A stretch of DNA of 38,506 nt from Basidiobolus meristosporus CBS 931.73. Its lineage: Eukaryota > Fungi > Basidiobolomycota. This document shows positions 10,067-20,958 of this stretch, one piece after another (position 1 is the first letter of the stretch; the number at the start of each line of letters is the position of its first letter). The position numbers were made by a program, and so were the translations under genes. Location: positions 1 through 38,506 of the forward strand of contig MCFE01000763.1 in the NCBI GenBank assembly GCA_002104905.1, in the 5' to 3' direction. Under the pieces are notes generated by a model. It had not been told where the DNA came from. It saw only the letters and a program-made list of their open reading frames with translations, and made no database searches.

Positions 10067-10264
10067 TCAGATACAGCATCTTTGGCCAGACTTGCATCCA
10101 GTATCCCAGAACACGGATCTCCAACCGGTGGGGCAGCTACCGGAAACGCACAAGGAGCCTCTTGAGTTCCCTTGGGCTTGGCACGAGAGAGCATCTACGG
10201 AGCCGGAACTGGAGCTGGCCACAAGGAAGGCGACCATCAAGGAGACTGCAAGTTTCTTCATCAT
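10067..10264 (-). CDS. Secreted defensin-like peptide D3 (65 aa)
   Basis: Identical to D1 except F5L in the signal peptide. Same TATA and promoter. Confidence 0.85.
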   Translation of the reverse strand: MMKKLAVSLMVAFLVASSSSGSVDALSCQAQGNSRGSLCVSGSCPTGWRSVFWDTGCKSGQRCCI

Positions 10265-11339
10265 TGTTTTGATTGAGAGCTTAGTGTGTGAATGATGTCT
10301 AGCAGCAAGGTGAGCTCAATATATAGGCGTCATTTCCCCATTGTTGCACATACTTTTGTCAATAGTCGCTGTGGCTAGCTCTACAAATGGTTGTGCAAGA
10401 GAAGAAAGTTACCCGGGTAATGTAAACCAGCTCAGAAGGCTACCTGGGTAATGTAAACCAGTTCCACAAAGCTGCAGCATTATGGCATAGTGATACAGAG
10501 TTAATGTGGTATTAATACACAAAATCAAAATCCATAAACCGGGTTGCTCATCAGATATGCTATTGTGTAGGGGTAGTTCTACACCAATAAGGCATCTTTG
10601 GTCTCTAACGGGAAAGTAAATCAGGACCTCGAGATGCATAGACAATGTTGATAATTACGTTTACTGTAGCATGTACATTCTATGGCTGTTGTGGCTAAGC
10701 AGTCTGTAACAATGGAATGAGAGTGAATACCGTTTGAGACTTAAAGCGGTAATGATATTCAATCAACATATGCAGGTAACACTGTCGCTTATAAAGTATA
10801 AATGATATATAACATTGTTGCACATGGTCTGCGATAAACACTAGCTAGAGAACCCCAAAAATACCGATGAATCTTGATTTTAAATCTAGATGCCGCTATT
10901 TGCAATAACACGCAAGTGTTTGTTGGATGACTCTTTGATTTTCGTCATTCCACATACAAGTAAATATAGATATGACTAAGTGGTATGCAATGGCTTTGTG
11001 GATAAGAAGCTTACTACTTTCCATTCATTAAAGTGGTGAAGTTTATCCGCAGCTTACATTAATAAGACTTTACCCGTGGAAATACACACTGAAGATTAAG
11101 ATATTTACCATCTGGGCACTAACTGCCTGATCCTCTTTCCCTCATATCCCGACATGTGCTTGTGCATACAAGTGCGTTGTTAGACTTGGTATTGCCACTA
11201 TTGCCCTACTTAGAGTTGAACCAAGAGTACTGGTGAAATGAGCAAAGTGCCATTTAATGAATCAATAAGTGCTGCGCATTGTCCTTGTCAAGCCACAACA
11301 AAATATTCGGTTAGGCCATCAATCCATTCAAGTTGTTCA

Positions 11340-11730
11340 TGTCTCTAGAGCGGGTTAAGTCTTGGCATAGTGGTGGGCTGAGATGATAGACCCGAATCGA
11401 GGCTACATTCACTGCGTTGGTGGCAAGAAAACTGAGTATGTAACACCGCAGGTTTGTTCATTCATTTCAATGAAGCCTTTTTGGATGAGAAATAGAAGTA
11501 CGATAACAGCCATGCATCCTCAATACTTCGGTGTATGCGTTGGTATGCCAGCCAAACTCCGCACTTTCCATTGTAAGATGAGCTATGAGGAATCAAGTCG
11601 GCAATCTCCAGAATAACCGTGTCAAACACTCTTCTTCCGGATTGAGCGTTTTCTTTGGCGCATTTGTCTACCCATAGACCATGGTTACTGAGATGTGAGT
11701 GTAATATACAACAATGCAAGGCATATTTTA
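11340..11730 (-). pseudogene. Decayed ORF family E, copy 2 (3' part)
   Basis: Homologous to 1-480. Separated from its 5' part by a roughly 0.7-kb insertion. Confidence 0.3.
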
Positions 11731-12413
11731 AGAGAACACGTACGCTTTTGGACCTGACTTACCGGAGTAAGGACTTCACCTTTGAAACAGTGTCTGTGGT
11801 ACTAGGGGATCGAGCTAGAAGCGAGATAAATAGATTGATGATTACAATGCCTCTCTGTACCCCCCCCACTGGCCCTATGCCCCAGCACAGATAGCTATTG
11901 CCCGAAATCATTACGCAGGAGTGTCACCATACAGTCATTCCTGAGGTATGTGAGTGTGGTATGGGTCTACTAAGGAACAGTAAAGGTAGCTTAAAGCGAT
12001 GGTAATGAATATTAAAGCATTGTAATAAATAATCTCAATCCCATAACTCTTAGCCCCTTCATTCTATCTTTCGCTAAATTTGGATTTTCGAACAATTGAG
12101 CAGTTGGGTAGAGTGGCGTCTATCTGTAGCTCAAGCTTCTGGAGAACTGGTTGGGTGAAGGCTTGAGTAGTGGGTCCCTGCTGATGATTTCGATCCATGT
12201 CGAGGGCGTTGTCCTCTGGAGCCTAGTGTTGACATTGGCATCTTCAAGTAATTGCGAGATGGCAAGGTTATTAAAGACTTGGGGAACGCGTGAGGCTGGC
12301 AACAGAGCAACGAAAACCAAGCGCACTGGAGCAGTCAGAGGTTGGCAAGTCTGAGTGGATGGTCACCAGTAGCCGCTACAATAAAGTTCGACTACCGACT
12401 TACTCTTTTCCGT
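11731..12413. mobile_element. Unclassified insertion of about 0.7 kb, absent from copy 1
   Basis: Sequence that is contiguous at about 455-465 in copy 1 is split here. TATTTT occurs at both borders (possible target-site duplication). No clear terminal inverted repeats or transposase. Confidence 0.4.
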
Positions 12414-13520
12414 ATTTTTATGCAAAGTTGTGTGCCCGCTTAAACATTCAGTTATGAATTTGATTTTAATGATCAGAAAACTGTAATCGTAATCAAACAA
12501 GTATGTCATTTTGCAAACAAAATTTTAAGTATTTTTCTTTTCTTTGCTTGCTGATTTTCAATATGAATATGTAGCGAGAGAGATTGGTATTTTGTTTTGA
12601 TTTTTGAATGATAATTGGGTAACAACAAGCTGTCAGAATGTGCAGACCGTCCTCGCCAGGCTGTTGGAATAATCAACCGGCAAGTTCATCAACTGAACAG
12701 GTCCTAAGGTCCCGAAAGACCGATCGGCCACTGTTCACACTTCCCTTTACGGACAGCGCACTACATGTCATCTACCAGCTTGGTATTAGTGTCTTTGGTT
12801 GGGAAACAAAGACTGGGAATGTACTATATACATAATCCTGTAAAGTACAGTCGTAACGATACCAAACGACAGATGCTCCCTATTTATAGGAGAAAAATCG
12901 AGAAACAATTTTCTACTCATTTCGTGGACAAATCCCATAATATTGAAATCGACGAAAATAACTAGTATTATATAATCTGTTCTGAAATGCAAACATTGAC
13001 TATGAAATTACCAACTACGTAAGAACAGTGCCATTCCTGAGTGCACGCCTCAAGCCCTTGCTTGAGAAATCGTAGGTATGAGTCGTTTTGCGTCTCACGA
13101 ATAATACAATCGTATGTTGACTTGAACCATAAATCACATTTCCGGCATTTTGACCCCAAATATCGGCTCAATTATTTACAGTTCGTATAGAATGAGTAGA
13201 CAAACGTTGAAAATGGCGTTCAAACAGTTCTCCAAAAGCGGTAGTTGATGCACAACGCTGATTGAGTTTCTCTATCCGGCTATATTGCATGCACTATTTC
13301 ACCCTTGCCACCAACCAAATGTAAAGCGTCCCCGTTTCTCCGGTGTGTGTCGTTGTGAGGTATTGTAAAATGTCGATTCTTCTTGGACTAGTACACTGTG
13401 TCTACCGTGGATTGATAGTCTATGATACTGTGAGAATAGGGTAGTTGTGCAAAGAGGGCTTATTTGTTTTGCCTACTCAATATTCTCAGTTTAGATTGAT
13501 TTATCTGTTAGGCGCAATTG

Positions 13521-13982
13521 TCAGCACAATGAGTGTATTGAATATTTTGTTCTTTCACGCATTGTCTCTATTACTGGGGTTGTGTACTGTACATCTTGGG
13601 TGGGCTGCATCAGAACGTAGGGAGAGAAAGAACTGTGGTCCTTTTGCTTGGCATATTCTAATGCGTTGCCCCGACCCTCCAGCTCAAGAATGGGCCCTGA
13701 CTTGACACTGAAGCCTTTCTTTCGACTGGCATTAGCAATGTTCAGGCTATCATGCTTTCGGGTCACGGTAGTGAAAACCTGACGCAATAACGGGGATTGG
13801 ACATTGGGCGTCTTAAAGACAGATAAAACTCGAACGTTTTGGTAGTAATCGGTCGCATACTGTACACATGGTAAACTGCGATAATGAACCCTTCTATACT
13901 CGCGAGTGCATGGAGAAGAACAGCCGATTGGGGCAGCAACGGCAACTTGATTCGCGGCAAGGCCTACAGTAATAAAGCGCAT
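13521..13982 (-). pseudogene. Secreted family A, copy A3 (open 153-aa frame but degenerate)
   Basis: Hydrophobic signal core shortened (MRFITVGLAANQ), the second Cys of PCx6CYQ changed to Tyr, and the C-terminus frameshifted relative to A2. Confidence 0.65.
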
Positions 13983-14146
13983 GTGGAGCGAATAACGTAT
14001 TTGTGGGCTGTTGTATAGCATACAACATGGGTTAGCTGGGAAAATTGCTATTATATATTTCATGGATTAATCAGGTCATTACTCACACAATTATTATACT
14101 TTTCGAGTACCATCGGTATTTTGCATTCCCTTCACTGGTTATTTTT

Positions 14147-14657
14147 TCAATTTTCTTCCATTATTTTGTGGAACTCACGATGATTTTCTGGAGTATCTTT
14201 GAAGTGGCGACGAGCAGAGCTAAAATACTTCTTGTACCCACCTCTACTGCTGGCTGAGTGATGATAATTTGTAGAGGGTTTGATCAATGACTTGCGCCTG
14301 ATCGAACTGATTTGAGTTGGACAAGGCATTGGCTTTACTGGCAGAATGGCCATTGATGTTGTCCAGTAAGGCATGGGATGGTTGTAAATTTGAAATGTCA
14401 AACCCTTGCAACCCGAAGTCTGGCTCGTTTGCATTGGCCCACTCATCTCCGAATCATCCACCTCCTCAGTTGACGGCTGGTGTTCTTGACTGGGGGGCTA
14501 AGTGTCCTGAAAATAAGCACCCAGTTGTTCGACGCATGGCTCATTGGTTGAGGCTACCTGGGAGCCACCAAGTGGGGTAGCGGAGATTGCTTGCAGTGAA
14601 GCGATGGCGGAAACTAGCAACAGGAAGGAAGGCTGCATGACTGATTGGTGAAGTCAT
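14147..14657 (-). pseudogene. Secreted family B, copy B2 (pseudogene)
   Basis: 2-nt deletion after Met1, CYQ changed to YFQ, in-frame TAG at QDT*, several internal deletions. Confidence 0.85.
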
Positions 14658-14857
14658 GCGGACTCTCTCGATCCCACACAATTAGCTTTATGCGAGCTAG
14701 ATTGATTTAACCTGAGTGCCTCGCCGTTTGCTACTTCTCAAAAAATGTGAGACAGTGCATACACGAAATAGTAATCAGCATTTAATTTCAACCAAGTGCT
14801 TTATAGTATAAAGCTAGCAGTAGACAATGAGAATGTAGACATTGGGAAGAGTGATGC

Positions 14858-15531
14858 TTAAAAGAGGGCACAGTAGTTCTTGGCGCAATTAGTGTTGTCA
14901 AAAACGCAGTCCGAGTCCTTGGTGCATGTCTGATATTCGGAGCCACTGCAAAAAGACTTTAGCGTCAGTAAGAATGCAAACTTACTAAATGATACCTATA
15001 TGCTACCTTTGGATATTGTTGATGTAACACCACTCTGGTGCACTTTGCTACATATCCAATGCCAAACGAGATAATCGCTACTACTCCATGGCACTGAATA
15101 CCTTGTAAGTTACTGTTTCTGTACAGAAAACTCCATGGCAACTTACCCTTCTCCAGCAGTAGCCTTTGTTACAGCCGCAGATATCCTTGCCGCCTTTTTG
15201 CTTAGTAATCCCACAGACGAGGTTTGAGCTTTTTGCTGTCTGCTCAAAGCGATCCAGGGCATCAAAAAATACGTCAAGAGCACGCTTTGCCACACTATTG
15301 CTCGGTGCTCCCAGGCTTTGAGTAAACTCCTGGATCATCTTCACACATTCCGCGAACCTTACTTCCTTACCAGCGGGAATGGCCTTGAGTGAGGATGGAA
15401 ATTCTTCACTACATGCCTTTACGTTTTTATATAGCTCCACATACTCGGGGGTTGCCGTAATACTGGGCTGGTCACGGTCGAGAGGAGCGGCAAAAGAGGA
15501 TGCCGGCTAAGAGGATATTTCTGAAAAGCAT
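14858..15531 (-). pseudogene. Cys-rich secreted family C, copy C2 (three exons, two frameshifts)
   Basis: Introns 15094-15146 (GTAAGT..CAG) and 14946-15006 (GTAGCA..TACTGAC..CAG). Exon 3 encodes GSEYQTCTKDSDCVFDNTNCAKNYCALF*. Frameshifting deletions in the signal peptide (14 nt) and exon 2 (8 nt) relative to C3. Confidence 0.8.
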
Positions 15532-15670
15532 TTTGTCGTTAAGTGTTTCTTGAATGGTCACTCCTCTTTGGGCTTTATATTCGTATATGTGTATCTTCTT
15601 AGTTCCCACGACTATCAATCACTAAGTTTCAGGTCATACAACATGCAGGTACTGGCGACTGTATATTAAA

Positions 15671-15712
15671 TTGGTAATCCACCTTTGGTAATCCACCTTT
15701 GGTAATCCACCT
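15671..15712. repeat. 14-bp tandem repeat (TTGGTAATCCACCT) x3 upstream of C2
   Basis: Three direct units. Two units, one degenerate, at about 29597-29625 upstream of C3. Confidence 0.85.
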
Positions 15713-16459
15713 GGAGGTTTAGTCTTTCAAGCGAAATACGCATGATTTGTCATATTTTTGTATTTCAGGTACATGCAACTGAATGACTACAATATCGTCA
15801 AGAAAAGTCACCCAATTATGAGTAATCGGATTATTATTTGCATTGATCCAAGCTGAAGGCTCCCTTTTGTTACATACAGATTATATTTTTCCACTTGAGC
15901 AAGTGTTCATATTTTTCCAGATAGACTTCGATACATTTGATGTTGAACAACTAGCTGATATTGAGCTAAGATTCTTTTCGAACAACTAGCGGATATTGCT
16001 TTGCTTTTTTGAGGATGGTTCTTGTTTGCACCCATAATTGCAATAATCCTTTGATTGGTCGTAAAGCTGGTTCAGTCGTTGATATACAATCTTCTACGCA
16101 TCTACGCGGAGCTTTCCCGATTTATTAAACCTTCTCAATCCCATTCAATTAGGCTTCGTTCATAGCATTATGCAAGATAGATTGATTTAACCCGGTTGGC
16201 TTAGAGTACTGGTGTGAATAAATTTATTTGTTGTTTGTCAAGAGTCGACAATATACAGGGATTAGTTGAGGCTACCTTGGACTTTCTTGTTGCAATATAC
16301 GCACTTTTGATTAGTTATATGTGTTCGGCATTGACTGTGCCAATACACTCGAAAACCTGGATTCCCACAATTGATTTATCAGTGTAGCTTGCCTGAATGA
16401 AGGTTTGATATGCGAGCCCATTGGTACCCATGTTCCATCACTAAGCAGGAAGGCGCCAC

Positions 16460-16710
16460 ACTTCAAGTCATTGAATAAATGACTGCCATGCATAGCTTCT
16501 CCCCATAAAATAAGTTTATACGGCAAATGTAGCATATCCTCCTGATGCAGAGGTATCAGCCTCATCCAAGATAGCTAGATTTAAGTCCTTCACTCTGTGG
16601 TTGAGACCTTCATTCTTGCTTTGGTTGGCGGCATTGAAAGTCAGGGTAATGAAGTCAATCTTGGCCAATTTCTTGATGTAAAGGCCCGCAGTATGTTCCT
16701 TCACTCCTTG
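16460..16710 (-). pseudogene. Alpha/beta hydrolase relic 1
   Basis: ORF-track peptide KEHTAGLYIKKLAKIDFITLTFNAANQ...SASGGYAT aligns to [27 protein letters not shown]...CASGGYAT of 31502-32425. Confidence 0.85.
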
Positions 16711-16949
16711 TTCAGGAATGCATTTTAGACTGTCTTAGGGAGGCAAGGGCACTGCATTGGTACCGCTTCACTGGGGTCACTTGAGTTGAGTGAGCACTTA
16801 GAGGTCAACATTTGGCATTTACCATTACCATGATGAGGCAATGAACCTATTAAAAGATTTTTTGACTCTGTTAATCAGTTCTAACTATATATGAATAATT
16901 AAGTTTTGACAGTGATAATGCTTATGATTCAGGTACACAGCATTTTCTT

Positions 16950-18330
16950 CACCATCATCTCTCTGCCTCAACCAGAAATTTGCTAGACCAGAAGCTTGGG
17001 AGCTTATATAGTCAAGATTGGACTGAACCAAAAGGCAGTAGAAGAGAATAGGATATGGTAATATCAAAAACCAAATGGAGGGCTGGGTGTACTATATAGG
17101 TGGTTCTTGATTAGATCACTGAAGCTGGGGTTTTACTCCTGACAAAGTATATTGGGCTCAGAGCTCCATACATATTATATTGTGTCTTCTAATGTATGCT
17201 CAAGACAATAAACCAGATACGCAAGCACACAAAACTATTGTTTACAGCAAATACATTATGTGGTAAATTTTGTAATTACACGTAATCATCCATCCAACAT
17301 GATTGCCTAGATTATAGACTACAGGTCAGGCTCTGACAAAGTTCCTTATTGGGGTTTACCTGGAATGGCTCCTCCCAAAAGTACAGGCACTTAGGAAATG
17401 AAATATCTTAAAGCAGCTAATACAGCCTCAAACTTTGCACACATACTCTAGGGACATTCCTAAGCATATTCTATGTGCTTGTCTTACAAAGAGTATACAA
17501 AGAGTACAAATACTACTTTTACTTGAACAAGTCATTAAGTGAATACCCAATAATACACTTACTCTCTCAGTAAATGCAAATATCACCAAGACTCCTACAA
17601 CAAACTGATAGCTTGTATCAAAACTGCTCACATAAAGTTTAGCTGCCTTTTTCTACTACATGAGCCATTCCTTCAACACTTTCAGAGGATATTACCAATA
17701 CCTAGCAGCCTTTTATCATTACTCATAAAGGCTAGCCCATCTATATTATGGTGAATCCAATGTATCCTTGAGAATCTTGATGGTGCACAAGGTGTGCATA
17801 CACATGCAACCTGGTGAATTAGGCATATTGTATTCAGAGTTGGGCTCCTTCAGGATGCTGAGCACTCCTTGATTGTATATAACATTGCAATGAATGAGAT
17901 GCTTTAGTTCCAGTGCATGTTGGAAATGCTCTTCAATATGGTATTATTTATGATAGACATAAATAACTTTTAGTCAGCATACACACATATTCTGATCAAA
18001 CTATAAATAGTCATCAATATATACCAACAGCAGTACAACTGTATTGCTTAGTCATGGATCAATAGTTTCAATTTAAGATGCAAGTATTCAGTGAAGAGGA
18101 AAGCTACTATGCCACTTTAGCTACACAATAACACTTTGGTAAATAGAACCAATATTTGAAGCAAAACATATACACCAGTATGAACTTGGGAATTACAAGC
18201 TGACTCCTTGATGTGGCCTAGAGGTGCTATATATGGGTGCATAGGCCAGATGAGAACTGCTGGAAATCCTGCCTTCCAAGCTCTCTTTATATGCATGTAG
18301 TGGTAGATTTGAATGTGCATTCACAATGTT
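16950..18330 (-). mobile_element. Heavily decayed Ty3/gypsy-type LTR retrotransposon pol relic
   Basis: In the expected order on the minus strand: YHYMHIKRAWKAGF (cf. YHxxRIxxGDEWKTAF), VYIDD at 18010-18024, EEHFQH, DKRLLGI..LKEW (RNase H-like), then a weak integrase-like relic. Many stops, strong CpG depletion, no LTRs identified. Confidence 0.6.
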
Positions 18331-18489
18331 GATATCTTAGCTGTGCTTGCTGCCTTCATTCTTGTGTGTGATTGGTATGGAACTCAGTTGTTTACTGACT
18401 TATGAAAGGAGCAAAAGCTGGCTAATAACACACAGTAACATGAAGCCATATTGAAGTGCATTGTTCTATGTAATACTCAACAATGGTTC

Positions 18490-18885
18490 TTAATGACTTC
18501 GAAGCACATGAGGCTGGCATGTTAGAATATAACCACCAAGCAAATCTCTTACATTCATGATGGGTAGATAGAGGGTCTAATTGATGACCTATGCTTTGTC
18601 AAACTACTTAGGGTTCAGTAATGCATTGGCCTCACTGGAAAAGCAGCCTTTAAAAATGCCGATTCTTTGCAACTTTACTTTTTAGAATTCAATCTCTCAA
18701 ATCTAAGTCGCCTTCATTGTCAGTCAATGATAGGTCTTTGTTGTTGGAAGCCAGTGCCTCCTGATAACAAGCTCCCAACTGCTCAGCACATAGGTTGTTG
18801 ATGTGAGATACCTGAGATTGACAAAGATGTGATTACCGCAACAAGCAAGAGGAAGGAAAGCTGCGTGACTGGAATGGCGGAATCC
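18490..18885 (-). pseudogene. Diverged family B relic
   Basis: PVTQLSFLLLVAVITSL and, after a frameshift, EQLGACYQE match the B signal peptide and EQQGACYQD. Nucleotide similarity continues to about 18490. Confidence 0.75.
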
Positions 18886-19096
18886 CTCAGAAAGTTGCCG
18901 TACTTCCATTACTTTCTCTACGCCACTCAAGTTACCATTTATTTATTTGTGACATTAACTTCATGCTAGTCGAGCAACAGATATCATATATCGCATAAAA
19001 TTAGTTTCAGTCATCCATTGGTCAATTGTACGTAGCCATGTAACAGAGCCTGCTTAAATAATGCGGAGGAAAAGGCCTTGATGTCTAAAACTATGA

Positions 19097-19435
19097 GGTG
19101 GCGGCGCTGGCAATGGAAATAGCGGTAGCAGTGGTGATAATAGGAATGGTAGTTGTGGTAGTGGTGCTTTTGATACTGGTAACAGTAGCGGCGGTAGTGA
19201 TGGTGGGAGCGGAGGGGTTAGCAATGGTGGCAATAACGGAAATGGGGCTGGAAGCTGTGATTTTGAAGGTATTGGCAATGGCGGTGTTAATGAGAGCGGA
19301 GACGGCAGGGATGATTGTGTTATATTAAGAGCCAGGGCCATGTGGGATCATGCAAACTCGCTCTCCAAAACAGTGGGACTTGCCATGAAAGCAACAGATG
19401 GCTTCCGTTATGCTCAATGTTTGCACACTGCCTAA
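19097..19435 (+). pseudogene. Start-less Gly/Ser/Asn-rich reading frame
   Basis: Frame GGGAGNGNSGSSGDNRNGSCGSG...GRDDCVILRARAMWDH... is open for 112 codons but is directly preceded by TGA (19094-19096). The listed Val-rich and Pro-rich ORFs here are its shadow frames. Confidence 0.45.
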
Positions 19436-20229
19436 ACTTTGGATGTGTGATAAGCACCATTGGCTACATCGCTATCCTCAATGGCCTTTTGGCTGAAGGG
19501 GCTTGTCCAGACACCACCTCCCTAGAGAACCATGCGGGATTACAAACAGGAAAGCCATCACATGGATTCTTCATCTCTGTGGTGTTGTTCTCTTGCACAA
19601 TTGGCGTGGAAGCAAGTGCGCGGATGTGGTCAAGAGTAATCCCAATGGCCTTATCTATAGTGGAAGTAGCAAGCAAGAAAAATATATTTCTACATGCTTC
19701 AGCCAGTAGACAGGCCAGGCAAGATAAAATGATCAACAGTGACACTCTCCAAGTAGTGAAATTCAGAGAACTATAGTTGGCAAACTCAAAAGTCTGACAA
19801 ACAGGCTCCTTAAGATAAACGCACGCTGCAAGTGTGAGAGTATGTTGTGCTTTACACCACAACTGGTCATATCCATGGACTCCAAACACTGCTAACTAAT
19901 CAATCATAATGATAGCATTGATGATGTCTTGTGGCTCCTTTGCTAGAGTCATCTCTATAAAATCCTTTAGAAAGCCTGGGAAAAGTCTTTAACTTTCACA
20001 GTTTCTCAGCTCTCCGAAAACACATGACATTTCCGCTAGTCCTCTCTGCATTGTAGAAAATGCAAAAGTACAACGCGGCAACAAGAAGCCAGAGGATTTT
20101 TTTTGGTACTCCATAGCATCCAATAGTTTTACCATCACCAGATGCATGAAGTACCAATGTAGACAGTATTGAGAGTTAATTAAGGAATTTATTGAATGCC
20201 TATCTACTTCTATACACAGATATTGCCCT

Positions 20230-20958
20230 TTAGAGGCTCGAGAACACCTTGATGGCATCCTCAGCGGTGGATCGTGCGCTTGCTGGGTTAGCTCCAGTGA
20301 CAACTCGGCCGTCAGTTTGTGTAAAATCGGCAAACGGAGTGGGGGGTGCCACATACTCGGCTCCAACAGCGGCCGCTCCTTCTTCGATTGTAGCCACATT
20401 GGCTGATTTGATAATATCAAGCAGGCTAAGCATCACCTCACCCTCCGTGGTGAACCCGGTGACCTTCTTGCCAGCAATGATGGATTTGCCTGTGGTGCTG
20501 TCAACGATGCCTGGGAGAATGGCTGGTCCATGACACACAGCTGAAACAACACCTCCACGCTTGTATATGTCCTCGGCAATATGCTGTAGGCCACGAGCCG
20601 TAGGGTAATCCCACAAGGTCGCGTGCCCGGCAGAGGCAAAGAATAGGCCATAGTCAGCAGGGTTGAGGTCCGACGCCTTGCGAAGATGTGAGTTCAGTTT
20701 GACATTGAATGGATGTGAAGGGTCGTTCAGCACCTTTTGATCATCCTCGGAGAGAAAGTCTTTCGACAAGGAGTGCTCATCGACTCCGTAGGTACCAGTC
20801 TCGGAGGCGAAGTCAACCTCGAACCCGGCCTCAACAAGCGCTTCGTAAGGATGCAATGCTTCCGTATAGAAAAGTCCAGTCTTACTACCATTGGCGTAGA
20901 AGGGCTCGTTATAGCTGGTGATGGCTAGTAGTGCTCTGCGTGGAAGGTTGGCTGGCAT
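20230..20958 (-). CDS. HSP31: DJ-1/PfpI family glutathione-independent glyoxalase / Hsp31-like chaperone, copy 1
   Basis: Motifs TGLFYTEALHPY, FFASAGHATLWDYP, AVCHGPA (nucleophile Cys-His), VTGFTTEGE and VVTGANPASA match yeast Hsp31. TATA about 45 nt upstream. Intronless, 242 aa. Confidence 0.95.
   Translation of the reverse strand: MPANLPRRALLAITSYNEPFYANGSKTGLFYTEALHPYEALVEAGFEVDFASETGTYGVDEHSLSKDFLSEDDQKVLNDPSHPFNVKLNSHLRKASDLNPADYGLFFASAGHATLWDYPTARGLQHIAEDIYKRGGVVSAVCHGPAILPGIVDSTTGKSIIAGKKVTGFTTEGEVMLSLLDIIKSANVATIEEGAAAVGAEYVAPPTPFADFTQTDGRVVTGANPASARSTAEDAIKVFSSL

Larger units (their letters stand above)
7455..10980. repeat. Tandem array of three roughly 1.3-kb units, each carrying one D gene
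   Basis: D stop codons are spaced 1298 and 1272 bp apart. Shared flanks include 8160-8405 with 9665-9905, 8640-8760 with 9930-10030, and 9000-9640 with 10275-10975. Confidence 0.9.

Noticed and set aside
7472-10295. Plus-strand ORFs antisense to the D genes
   Set aside because: No signal peptide, TATA or consistent start. The minus-strand frame has all the hallmarks of the real gene.
19054-19341. Pro/Leu-rich (minus) and Val/Ala-rich (plus) ORFs
   Set aside because: Alternate readings of a GGN/AGY/AAY-periodic Gly-rich frame.
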